A DNA stretch of 63,787 nucleotides, the filler included, from Perkinsus chesapeaki ATCC PRA-425 (taxonomy: Eukaryota; Protista; Perkinsozoa): NCBI GenBank assembly GCA_013115145.1. It is 9 parts of 9 records of this genome, joined end to end, with 100 filler letters (N's around TTAATTAATTAA, not from the genome) between each part and the next. Parts side by side here need not be neighbours in the genome. Positions count along the whole stretch, not along the records: positions 42,324 to 45,393 come from JAAPAO010001466.1; positions 45,494 to 52,972 come from JAAPAO010001029.1; positions 53,073 to 55,638 come from JAAPAO010001574.1; positions 55,739 to 57,069 come from JAAPAO010002037.1; 5 more parts are not named here. One strand, written 5' to 3'. A model generated the notes under the pieces. That model had not been told where the DNA came from, did not search any database, and saw only the letters and a list, made by a program, of their open reading frames with translations. Shown piece after piece: positions 45,201-55,808 of this stretch. Each line of letters begins with the position of its first letter. Position 1 is the first letter of the stretch. Made by a program: the position numbers and the translations under genes.

Positions 45201-45495
45201 AGATGATGTTTTAATAACTGCCACAACGACCACTGGTCTTAGAGGTTAAGATAAACAATTCATCATGGACTGATCACTTCAAGTGATTAACTTGGGGACA
45301 AGTTTTCTTGTTGAATAAAGGGTGTTAAGATTTACAACGAAAGTAGACAAGTATACGAGGGTAAAAAACTAAGATGATGAGAAGGAAGGAACCNNNNNNN
45401 NNNNNNNNNNNNNNNNNNNNNNNNNNNNNNNNNNNNNTTAATTAATTAANNNNNNNNNNNNNNNNNNNNNNNNNNNNNNNNNNNNNNNNNNNNAC

Positions 45496-45870
45496 TCAAC
45501 CCCTGTTTTCTATGGCATCAACTGTAGAGTTACCGGCACAGATAGAGAACAGAACCGGCCAAGACACTGTATGTTCAGTAGGCTTGCAAGGCTGAGGACA
45601 CTCGTAACATTTGAAGAACAGCTTCTCACAAGAACCCTTGCCGATCTTTGACTCATAGAAGGACTTTAATATCAATAAGAAATAAGGTGCGCCTGTATCA
45701 ACAAATAAGTTCTGTTCTTGCTCATCCATGGCCACTGCTGTATAAAGCGCGAAGCCTGGTGGTTCTAGGCTCTCCAAGAAGCTTCGCTCGATTTCTTGCC
45801 TCAGAATACCACCTGCATTGGCCTTCTTAAGAACGGCGGCAAGGATAGATAAAGCACTGAAGAGGTGCAT
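45496..45870 (-). pseudogene. Truncated paralogue of the aspartyl protease at 48286-49395
   Basis: First ~100 aa are closely similar (MHLFSALSILAAVLK..., FVDTGAPY, CYECPQPC). The sequence then diverges and shortens in the flap region and stops early beside a gap. Confidence 0.8.
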
Positions 45871-46153
45871 GGGAGTAGAATCACACGCAACAACAAACTG
45901 ACTAGGATCATGCTAGTGAACAGTACTCTCACTCTAGCTGAGTCAATACACACAGTCTGTGTGACGTAGAGCAGTGAACACATCCGGTTACAGTATCACA
46001 ATGGCAGCGGCGCTGCCGCAGCGCCTTCATTATGGTACTTACTCAGAGTAAGTTACCCTTCGACCTTGTGACTCACAAGTTGTGAGTAGTGTGTGCGGCC
46101 AGTGGAGCCTCAGTGTGACCCCAGTCTGTAGAATTGTACACGCCTCGTTTTTA

Positions 46154-46391
46154 TGTCACAGCGAACTAAAGCGGAAGCCGTGGAATACTAGGTTCAATGA
46201 TTGAACTTCTATCTAGAGCCGTTTTGTTGGGAGATTGTTGTAGTTAGCGACGTAGTCGAGGAACACTACGATTACGCAGCCTCTGGTTTATGAGAGGTCG
46301 CAACACGAAAGGAGCCAATGAGCTCTCTCCTCCTGTAGCTATGCGCAAACGTAGATAAATCGCACAACAAATGCAGGAACCGCGTTTAACA
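46154..46391 (+). repeat. ~240-bp dispersed repeat with TG...CA ends; candidate solo LTR
   Basis: Starts TGTCACAGCGAACT and ends ...TTTAACA. An inverted homologue lies at 49702-49942. Confidence 0.55.
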
Positions 46392-48285
46392 TACCCGATC
46401 CATCAAAGGAGTCTGACGTCTGAGCTTCCGCTGCTTCTGATTCAGGTGATCATCACTGTAATCGTTGTCTACAGGTTCACGTCTTGTTGATCACCGGTAC
46501 AAGTGTAGGTTTTACGTCTCATTTCATTCGTCGGTAGGTGTGCGCTCTTGTGGTTGCACGCATATGCATAGCTGCTGCTATCATGAGATGGCTCCCTTGT
46601 GAGTCAAGCTCTGCTCTCATTCACCTTCAACTTGAGTTGCACCAGTCTAGTGCCACCAGTAAAGGCCCCCGAGGAGCCGCTCCTCTTCACCTCGGACTAC
46701 TCGTCCCTTAAGTTGAGGGCCTCAACCGCAAACCAAACCGACAAGACTTGACTTGAACTGATATCATCAGACTCTGCTGACGAATCCTCTTCACGTGGTG
46801 GCACGAGCAGTATTTGTAACATTAAGAATCGCTGAGTTTGATACTGCTTGGCCACCTCGCCGTAGTCTCGATGCATGGGTTATCCATGATGGGTAAATAT
46901 AGACACAATTATATACTTCCACGGTTAACCGTGGACCACTTTTGATGGCGCTTGGAGCGCCGCAACGGCAACACCGTTACGGCGCGGCACCGCCGCGCTT
47001 CTAAAGCTGTTAGCTGCTCTCGTTCTATATCATTCATAAATCTTTCCCGCGCTCAAGGCCACCAATTTTAGGAATGAGGAAATTACTTTCGCAAATAGGG
47101 AAATCAATTCCGCGGGCAAGGACATCAAATTTTGGGTTGTACTTTCAACTACACAAAAATAGTGCCATCTTCGTAGTTCTGAAATTGTTAGATATCTCGA
47201 GATAGTAAATCACTATCAGAGTCTAATAGATTCTAATACTAAGCACGGTGGGCAGCAGGACGACGTATTCAGTGACTGAATTCGAGTCACTTAATTTGAG
47301 TGAAGACTCTTCACTGAAGAGTCAGCGTGACGGGTGTATCGTGACATGGTAATCATGTCTCATACACCGAAAGCTCGTACACTTCACTTTTGCTCACGAC
47401 TCGTACACCGGATACCCGTACACCCTTTACATCCGTACATGATGTACGGTAAGATTGATTGCTCCTCGGAAGCGAGTAATGTTGGCCGGGATAACGACGA
47501 TAAGTTCTCCGGCAACTTTTCAGCCCTAGCGGCTGTAGTTGCGCCACGCTATTTCAGTTACGAGCATGAGCGATTCCGGCTTAAGTTTCCAGTCTTCGGA
47601 GAATCTGTCCGAAGTTAGTAGCAGTGAAAGTAGCGATTCCGCGGACGAGTACTTCTCTAACGCTGGGATGAGTTTGAGCGAGTGTAGCAATGAAATGAGC
47701 TCTGCTCTGAGGAGGCAAATATGCATGGTCCGAAGCCTAGGAAGATTCAACTCAAGGGGTTGAAGGTGAAAAATAGTGGTAAGAGGGGGAGCAAGGTGTT
47801 GGTATTATAGTTCCGGGAGTTGACGAATACTTTACTGCAGACTTTAGTTGCTGAATAATCATCATGTAGTATAAAGAACCAAGATTCATGATTGTTCCTA
47901 GCATAATATTCAAGTGCATTGCGTTACGAACAAGGAGCAACTCTCTACACATTCTACATGTCATGGCGTACGTAGATTGGCGTCGACTCAGAGGACACGT
48001 GTGAAACTTTAAAGTTATCTCAATGGTTAAATGCACCTATCTGGACGTACTACAACTCAAGAACAAGAAAGATATAGTAATGACGGAGACAAGCGGTAGA
48101 TCCAGCCTTTAAACACCATAATTTAATAATCAATAAACGCTCTTGGGTTTAATACCATAATTATTGTTATTATTCACACTCTACAACCCAGACTTGACAA
48201 TACAGTGACTGATGTGGTGACTGTAGTTTACAGTTGAAAAGATGCTGTATTCAATAACTTCTAGGCTTCAATAGTCTTAAGGCTA

Positions 48286-49395
48286 TCACTTGAGCTTGGC
48301 AATCCCAACTCTCTTCTGATTGAATTGAAATTCTAGATAATTTCCAATGAGCATGAGCTCTGGTAACTGCCAGGTATCTAGTGGATTGATGGTTACCAGC
48401 AAGTAGCAATAGCCATGTGTTTCCGGAACATAGGTTTCATGAGAGATGCTGAGTGGGACGTTACCACCCAAACCAGACAACATAAAGTGGAGGTTGGGCA
48501 TAAAAGAGCGATACTCGCAGGCAACTGTCCATACACCGGTATCCTTGTCATACTGTATTTCCACTTCTTTTCCAGCTCCCGTACTAGCGGCCTGTGCAAT
48601 ACTGGCAATCAGCTGACCAAACACAGCTTGCGGGGTGAATATGCTATTGCAACCAGTATCAAGGAGAACGCTATCATCAACGGCAACTTTAGGGCCCTTC
48701 TCAGGCTGAATAGCATTCAACTTGACCGTCCAGGAATCCTCCTTTATCGCCGGCACGAAGAGTAGCGGCTTTTGGTAGAGAGAATCATCACCACCACCGA
48801 GGATCAGTTCACCCTCAGAAGTATCAGAAGAAACCGGCTTCAGATAAAGAGCGAAAGTATTCTCCTTGATTGGCTTGGAGGGATGAGCAAGGAGCTGCTT
48901 CATAAGCGAAGGATATCTTTGGTCAACATCAGGGCCCAAACCAAGTAACTGGACAGGGCTTACCGCAGGCGGTGGAGGATCGGAGCCGAAAATCAAACCG
49001 AAAGAGATACCATCAACGGTTGCAGTGCCAATTGTAATCGAGCCTTCATGTTTGAATATTTCAAACATATAACCCCCTCCAAACTTGATGTATGTAGGCT
49101 CAGTAGGCTCGCAAGGCTGAGGACACTCGTAACATTTAAAGAATAGCTCCTCACACGAGCCCTTACCGACCATAGACTCATAGTAAGACTTCAATATCAA
49201 GGAGAAATAAGAACTGCCTGTATCAACAAATACGTTCTCTTCTTGCTTGTCCACGGCCACTGCTGTATAAAGCGCGAAGCCTGGGGGTTCTTTGCTCTTC
49301 AAAAGGCTGCGCTCGATTTCTTGTCTAAGAATACCACCTGCATTGGCCTCCTTGAGAACCGCGGCAAGGATAGATAAAGCACTGAAGAGGTGCAT
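48286..49395 (-). CDS. Secreted pepsin-family (A1) aspartyl protease, intronless
   Basis: 369-aa ORF with a signal peptide. Catalytic motifs VFVDTGSS and VLLDTGCN, plus LLGLGP, FALYL and GELILGG. Confidence 0.93.
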   Translation of the reverse strand: MHLFSALSILAAVLKEANAGGILRQEIERSLLKSKEPPGFALYTAVAVDKQEENVFVDTGSSYFSLILKSYYESMVGKGSCEELFFKCYECPQPCEPTEPTYIKFGGGYMFEIFKHEGSITIGTATVDGISFGLIFGSDPPPPAVSPVQLLGLGPDVDQRYPSLMKQLLAHPSKPIKENTFALYLKPVSSDTSEGELILGGGDDSLYQKPLLFVPAIKEDSWTVKLNAIQPEKGPKVAVDDSVLLDTGCNSIFTPQAVFGQLIASIAQAASTGAGKEVEIQYDKDTGVWTVACEYRSFMPNLHFMLSGLGGNVPLSISHETYVPETHGYCYLLVTINPLDTWQLPELMLIGNYLEFQFNQKRVGIAKLK

Positions 49396-49701
49396 GGGAG
49401 TATAATCACACGCAACAACAAACTGACTAGGATCATGCTAGTGAACAGTACTCTGGAAAGCAGTTATGTGCTAATTATTAGCACATATTATAACGTTATT
49501 ATAACGGCATCGGTGTGATTCTTGTGCCGCACATTCCATTTCTGTGAAAGAATTTCTGTCTACCGTCAGTCATAGTTCGTAATACTTAGTAAGCACTGCA
49601 AGTATTGAGTGATCACCTTTGAGTACTTGGAAAAGAACAGGTAGGCGGCTTACCGTCTTTGCCTAGCAAGGAGCATACAGAAATGTAGTCTACGCAAACT
49701 A

Positions 49702-49942
49702 TGTCATCACGCTGTTCCTGCATTTGTTATCCGCTTTAGCTACGTTTGCGCATAGCTATTGGAGGGCCTCTCTAGAGCTGCTCTAGAGAGCTCTTCTGCT
49801 CTAGTAGAGCTCATTGGCTCCTTCCATATTGCGACCCCTCGTAATTTTGATTGTCCTAGTGAACTACGACGCTGACTACAATTTCCTAATGAGACGGCTA
49901 TAGATTGAACATAGAATTCCGAGGCTTCAGTTCGCTGTGACA
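49702..49942 (-). repeat. Second, inverted copy of the ~240-bp TG...CA repeat; candidate solo LTR
   Basis: Reverse complement reads TGTCACAGCGAACTGAAGC...GGAGCCAATGAGCTCT...TAGCTATGCGCAAACGTAG...ATGCAGGAAC...GATGACA. Confidence 0.55.
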
Positions 49943-51031
49943 TTTATGTTACCGACAATAAACAAGAATGACCATGGAGCCATATCCCTTAATATTGCTC
50001 TCATAATAGGTTTTGGGCCAGAACATTCGGCGGATAAGATAATCTCATTGAGCTATCCTTTTTGCTCAGAGCTTCGTCGTTTGCTTTAGGCTCGTGACTG
50101 GGCCTTGAGGGTGGCCATCGACTGCGAGGAAGTACTGCTCTCGGCAATGAAATTGTCACGGTGACATAGTATGTCAACCCGATTCATCGAAGGCGTCTGA
50201 CGACTGCGTTTCCGCTGCTTCTGGTTCAAGCAATCATTGATTACCGTATTCGCTGTCCACAGGTTCATGCATTCTTTGCTCACTGACCCAGGTGTAATTT
50301 TTGCGTCTCATTTCATTTGTCGGTATGTTTGTGCGCCCTTGTGGTTGCACGCACATGCATACCTACCGCTGTCATGGAATGGCTCTCGTGTGAGCCTCTG
50401 GGAAGTACTCTGGGAAGCAGTTATGTGCTGATAACGGCATCGGTGTAATTCTTGTGCCGCACACCCCATCTCTGTGGAATAGTTTTTGTCTACCGTCAGT
50501 CATAGTACGTAATACTTAGTAAGCACTGCAAGCATTGAGTGATCACTATCGTGGATATTAGATAGATATCAACCAAACTCAGAGATAAAGAGGAATCTAA
50601 TATTATAAATATGAATATAAATGAACAACTAGCCTAGCTTGTGCGGAATCTAAGGAAGATACGCACAAAGGGACAGATCACACAATTAAATCACCACACC
50701 TCCCCCAGTTGATATAAATATTATCAACTATTCAGGGGAATTAGGAGAGACCATATTGCGTACATGCTCTCTAACAATAGGCCCTATTGTCGAATTTTGG
50801 GATAGAACACCAGACTCTGGCGCGCGGACTGAAAATGATTCATTCACGATAATAATAGTTTATTACACTCATATACTGATATAATTATGAATCAGTCATT
50901 CAATAATAATTCATCATATCATGTTTTATTATGATAATTATTATACGGGATGCCGACGCTGTACTGAGCCACTCGGCGTACTTATTATTCTGCAGCAGAA
51001 TTTCTGCTGTTGTGGTCATCCAATGGCCGTG

Positions 51032-52849
51032 CTACGGTTTCCAGAGGGCTTTTCTCTTTAGCCGTTCGATCTTCAGTTCTGCACCAACCGTATATGTCGC
51101 ATGAAGCATAACCGGGCTCCGATTCTGATAACCACTCCAGTCAAATTGGCAGGTAAATTTCTTCTTCTTAGAGACTATGTCCAAGCAGAAAGCGCGCCAG
51201 CCATTGACGTAAGCCGCGCAATCGAGAGTGTGGACCACCAGACCGGCATGTCGACGGTTCTCCGAGATTGCAACATTGTAAGCCGGTTGATTTTTGCCGT
51301 CAGCCTGAAGGGAGCCTCGGAGATGGTGATGATGATGCTGTGTTCGAATTTACCATTTTCATAATGTGACTTAGCCAGTCGTCCAGTAATTTCTCAATTT
51401 TAATGTTGTTCTGCAAATGCATGAGACCCCCACAGAAACTGCCATATTGGGGGCATTCCCTTGGGTTATCCTCGAAAACGCGACCATCGACCGAAGCAAT
51501 GAGATCGAATCTGATGACTTTCTTAGTCCTCTGCAAAACACACAGTGTGTTACACACTAGCTCAGAGCTAGTGGCTCTCACTTGTCTGGATTGGCGGGAA
51601 ATGCCGAGTACGGATGTTCAATCCAAACTATGTCGGTGTCGCTGTAAAGTATCGGACCACGTATTTTCTCAAATAGAAGCCACTTGATGAACCGAGGCAC
51701 CGACTGCATCAACTTAGTCCATCCTTCACTCCGATACTTGTAGTGCTCGCCTTTGTTGTTCTCGAGTTCGCTATGAATAGACGTTGGCAATCGATACACT
51801 TTGTGAGTGTCCTGTGGGCCAACTCTGCGCTGGAGCTCCTCGAGGGTACGATCATCGGTTGCAAACATATACCATTTTGCCATTCGAACTCTCCGCAAAG
51901 ACTTTATCCAGTTCATAGCGAAATCGATATTTCCGTAGTTTGTCATGGCTACGATCGGCCCGAGTCGCTCGTAATCTAATACGGTGCTTCGATTCTCATG
52001 CTCTGCGGTAACTGATTCAAACCGGCGGCCCGTGCATCTCTAGTTGAGTAATGTTTGAGTTCGACATATTTTCCAAGCCACCGACAACTCGAGATGAAGT
52101 TCGTAGTTTCATACTACTATGGGAGCATCGTCCAGATTTCTGTATGATTCAACTTTATTGAGGTTGGCGGAATTCTTTTAGTTCCATTATGAAGTGCGCT
52201 CGTTTTCATTGGGGAATTCGCTTAAAATGGGAAATTTCACATTAAAATAACAGAAATAAGCTCAGGCGTCAAGACATCCAACAGAGGGAACGATCGGTAT
52301 AAGAACGCGCAACCTAGAGTGCGTGTAATCTCTAGATTGCACCTACTGGAACTCCTATGAAATCCTATGCAGGGCAGCAGACAAAAAATAGCCTCATTTT
52401 TTATAGGGTTATTAATCTTAGTAACCTTATATCATCTCCAATAAACCCCCGCTTTTCGCGGTTTTGGATGCATATGCCGTAAAGTCCAACACTGTCGGAT
52501 AATTCGAAAGTTTGTTTAAAGAGGCGTCCTTAAAGGACGCTCTCTGAGGAAAGGAAGTGTTTGATACACTCTTAACAATATAGCCATAAGTGACCACAGA
52601 GGCGATTTGATCAACAAATAACCCCGTCTGGGAGCCACCTACTAGTAGGATCCCTCTTGTGGATGATATACGACGCGTAATAGAGTGGAATCTGAATCAG
52701 CGTCCGTCGAATCTTTTTCAACAACAACTCGATCTGATACAAACCTTAGGAGCTCCAAGCAACAGCAAGAGGGTGATAACTATAACAGCCAGTAACCATA
52801 CCGTCTTCCTCGTTACGAAATGCAAGCGTTGATGATTGTGAGACATCAT
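51032..52849 (-). CDS. Type II membrane nucleotide-diphospho-sugar transferase (GT77/Nucleotid_trans-like), multi-exon
   Basis: First exon has a TM anchor (VWLLAVIVITLLLLLGA). Core: MTNYGNIDFAMNWIKSL, MFATD, ILYSDTDIVW (DxD), FCGGLMHL, NQPAYN, MLHATYTVGAELKIERLKRKALW. GT-AG introns join the frames at ~51300 and ~51560. Confidence 0.82.
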
Positions 52850-53085
52850 GATGACGCAAACTTGAATCTCGGGCACTACACATACTCTACTATTACGATT
52901 CAATAGCCGTTCCGTTGATTCTCGAAACCTTATGAATCACTATCGAATCAGTCGGTTGGGTGTAGGGGTGAGNNNNNNNNNNNNNNNNNNNNNNNNNNNN
53001 NNNNNNNNNNNNNNNNTTAATTAATTAANNNNNNNNNNNNNNNNNNNNNNNNNNNNNNNNNNNNNNNNNNNNGCTTCTGTCCCTC

Positions 53086-53982
53086 TTATCTTGTGCAACG
53101 GGGCGTCCCGGCCGAGTAAACCAGCCCAACGAGTTGACCACACTTAACGTTTTTGTGTTGTCCGGCTAGGGCAAGCAACTGACGTTCGGTTCGTATTCTC
53201 TTGCTTACGATCCAAGAAGAGATGTCGCTCAGACGTCTTATGCGGGCACGATCGCCTACTGAGTGGTCGGCATCAGCGGCCTTGCTATCAGTCTGGGTAG
53301 GGTGCGAAGGAATCGCTGGGTGACGCGAGCTGAGGAAGGGATTGGCGTCCGTCTTGCAGGTATAGGTGTAACATCCTAGGTAGCTTGTGAATGAGCGAAA
53401 GTTGACGTTGAAGCCACGATCACGTAGTAAATTTGCGAGCCGCGGCCAACGATGGCGTCTACTAGAGCAGGTAGACACATGAAAGTGTACCCCACGGTCT
53501 TCATCGTGTTCTTCGGAGCACACACAGTAAAACTCTAATGGGACGCCCGCGTGCGAGAAGACCTGCTCGATATGCTCGCCGAAGTCTGCCTTGGTAACAT
53601 TAAGACCAGGGATCCTTGCAGTGTGACTGGACACGCGTGGGTTTGCCCAGGTGATCAAATAGTACCGACTATAATCTGGGGAACGTCGAGGAGGTGCTGC
53701 TGGAGCTGCACAGGGGGAATGACTCTGATCAGGCGGGACCTAAAATTCAAATTACTATGGGAAAAAATACGCTCGAATGAGGCGGAACGCGAAGTTCATG
53801 AGAGATCTCACCTTTTCCTCGGCTTCCGGGAGGCTGACTGCCGAATATATGGTAGGGATGCAGTCATCACTCACGATGAAGTCAGAAAGCGTGTTTGAAC
53901 CAGCTTGCGAATCAATGTTTACCTCTATGCGCACCGGAGAATCCAGTTGAGAATAGAAGGGCTCGATATCCAGGAATTCCAT
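53086..53982 (-). CDS. HUH-superfamily rolling-circle Rep endonuclease (CRESS/Replitron-like), 2 exons (53812-53982 and 53086-53739)
   Basis: Motif I YYLITWANP, motif II EEHDEDRGVHFHV, motif III YTYTCK. A 72-nt GTGAG...TTTTAG intron (53740-53811) joins a 57-codon ATG exon in frame. No helicase motifs before the stop. Confidence 0.85.
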
Positions 53983-53995
53983 GTGAAAACGGTGA

Positions 53996-54088
53996 GCTGA
54001 TCAACTGATCAACTGATCAAGCAAAAATAAATAAATATATTATATATATTCTTTAGATATCGATTGATCAGCTGATCAGTTGATCAGC
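53996..54088. other. Stem-loop with 25-bp arms (1 mismatch) of iterated CTGATCA(A/G) 8-mers and a 43-nt AT-rich loop
   Basis: Left arm GCTGATCAACTGATCAACTGATCAA (53996-54020). Right arm TTGATCAGCTGATCAGTTGATCAGC (54064-54088). Confidence 0.95.
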
Positions 54089-54394
54089 ATCGAAAAAGAT
54101 CCAGCAAGACAGCAAGAAACCGTTTCTTCACCAGAAGTCGCACAAGAGCAAGATTTTCGCTTTGATAGGCAGAGACAGAATTATTTTATATGTGGTTTTT
54201 CATCGTTTAACTACCCTCTTTGACTTGTCACGCCTCGAAGAAGACCACAAGAGCAAGCAATCATGAATCCCATCAACACCATCTCATTGAAGAACTCAAT
54301 GCGGTCGCAGGGCTACGCAGTGTTGGAATGTAATGCGCCTACTATCTCCTCTCAACTGAGTGCTTGAAGAGCTACAGCCGGCAAGTTGAGCCAC

Positions 54395-55537
54395 TTAGTG
54401 CTTGATGAGAGCCCCTCGGTTCGTAAGAACTGCTCTTACTCGCTTAACCATACTGTTAATTAAAGTGTTAGCATCAATAGTGGTGTATACTGCCTGTATT
54501 CGCTTCACAAAGTCTTCTTCTGTCTCGCACGCGCCTTCTGAGGACGCCATTGATCGGAGGCGTGTCTTGAGTATGGCAAAAGAGTTCTCTATACAAGCCA
54601 AATCTGGCGAACGGGGAGGAAAGTCCATGAACTTAATGCCTTCCGCTGTGAGAAGTCGTGTAAACGATAAAGCCCTTGGTGCTATATAGTTATCCCCCAT
54701 TATTGTTTTGCGATTGGCATGATTTCGTCTATATCGTTTTTTCAACAGGGGCACAGCTGTGCTCCGATAAAACGACTTATAAGAGTCTGCTGAGTTATCT
54801 GGTATAGCAGTAATAACGGGCGCTTCTCCCCAGGCTAGTACTCCCACCAGCTTCACCTTCTTACTCAGTCGAAACGCAGATCTCGAGTTTCGGGTGCGAT
54901 CTTCATGCCCCCAGGCACGGTCTCTCACTGCTGCACGACTGCCACTTTTGTCAAACCCTATAGTGACGCCGTCCATGTACAAACCAACTTTATGACGAAA
55001 GAACGCCGCTAGGCGTCTATCATCGTCTCCGCAAATTTTTTTGATGCGGGACGCCCACAGGAATCTCTTGCGCCTGTCACCTCTACGCTGTAGTATTCGC
55101 GCTGGTACCCGACGACACTTCCACCCTCCTTCACGGATGATCCGTAGCAGCGTGTCGTACGAAAATGGTATCCGTCTTGACGTATAGAAAGATTTGACTG
55201 TTAGAAAAGGGTGTTTCGCTCTGGCGGCTGAGAACTCTCTCAGGATAATGCGACGGCTGCGGCTATCAGCTACGTGAGGGCGGCCGACCTTAACAGCAGT
55301 AGCATGAGGGGACTTGCTAGTGTTCTTATCATTCGCATGCCGCTTGAGTGTCCTCACCACAGTAGACTGGGAGCAACCAACCGCGGCAGCAATCTGGCGT
55401 GTCGAGGATCCGTCTTTCCATCTTTTGCATATGTCTTCTTTGCTAGTTGCTGTTATATAATACGCCGAGTGGCCCTTTGAGCATCCCCGACCTGAGACAG
55501 GAACTTCGGATTGAGCGAGTTTTTCCGAGCAAGTCTC
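54395..55537 (-). mobile_element. Tc1/IS630-family transposase, DD34E; start codon and TIRs not identified
   Basis: The frame stays open upstream of the tracked ORF and includes an HTH (GSSTRQIAAAVGCSQSTVVRTL). Triad: LYMDG, MGDNY and FPPRSPDLACIEN, with 34 residues between the second D and E. Confidence 0.88.
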
Positions 55538-55808
55538 CTACTGCAGTCAATCGCAAAATTATGAATCAGCAACGCGCGTCCCCCACACCCCTCTCCAATG
55601 TTGTATACTAACACGTTCTACCTTCATGCAGTATACCGNNNNNNNNNNNNNNNNNNNNNNNNNNNNNNNNNNNNNNNNNNNNTTAATTAATTAANNNNNN
55701 NNNNNNNNNNNNNNNNNNNNNNNNNNNNNNNNNNNNNNAACAAACCATTGTCCTTTCCGAAGGGGTATAAAACAACTTCAGGCGCTCGCGGGCTGTTAGG
55801 CGAACGCC

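Noticed and set aside
54300-55620. Possible TIRs for the Tc1 transposase
   Set aside because: Only weak partial complementarity was found, and the 5' end probably lies in the gap after 55619.
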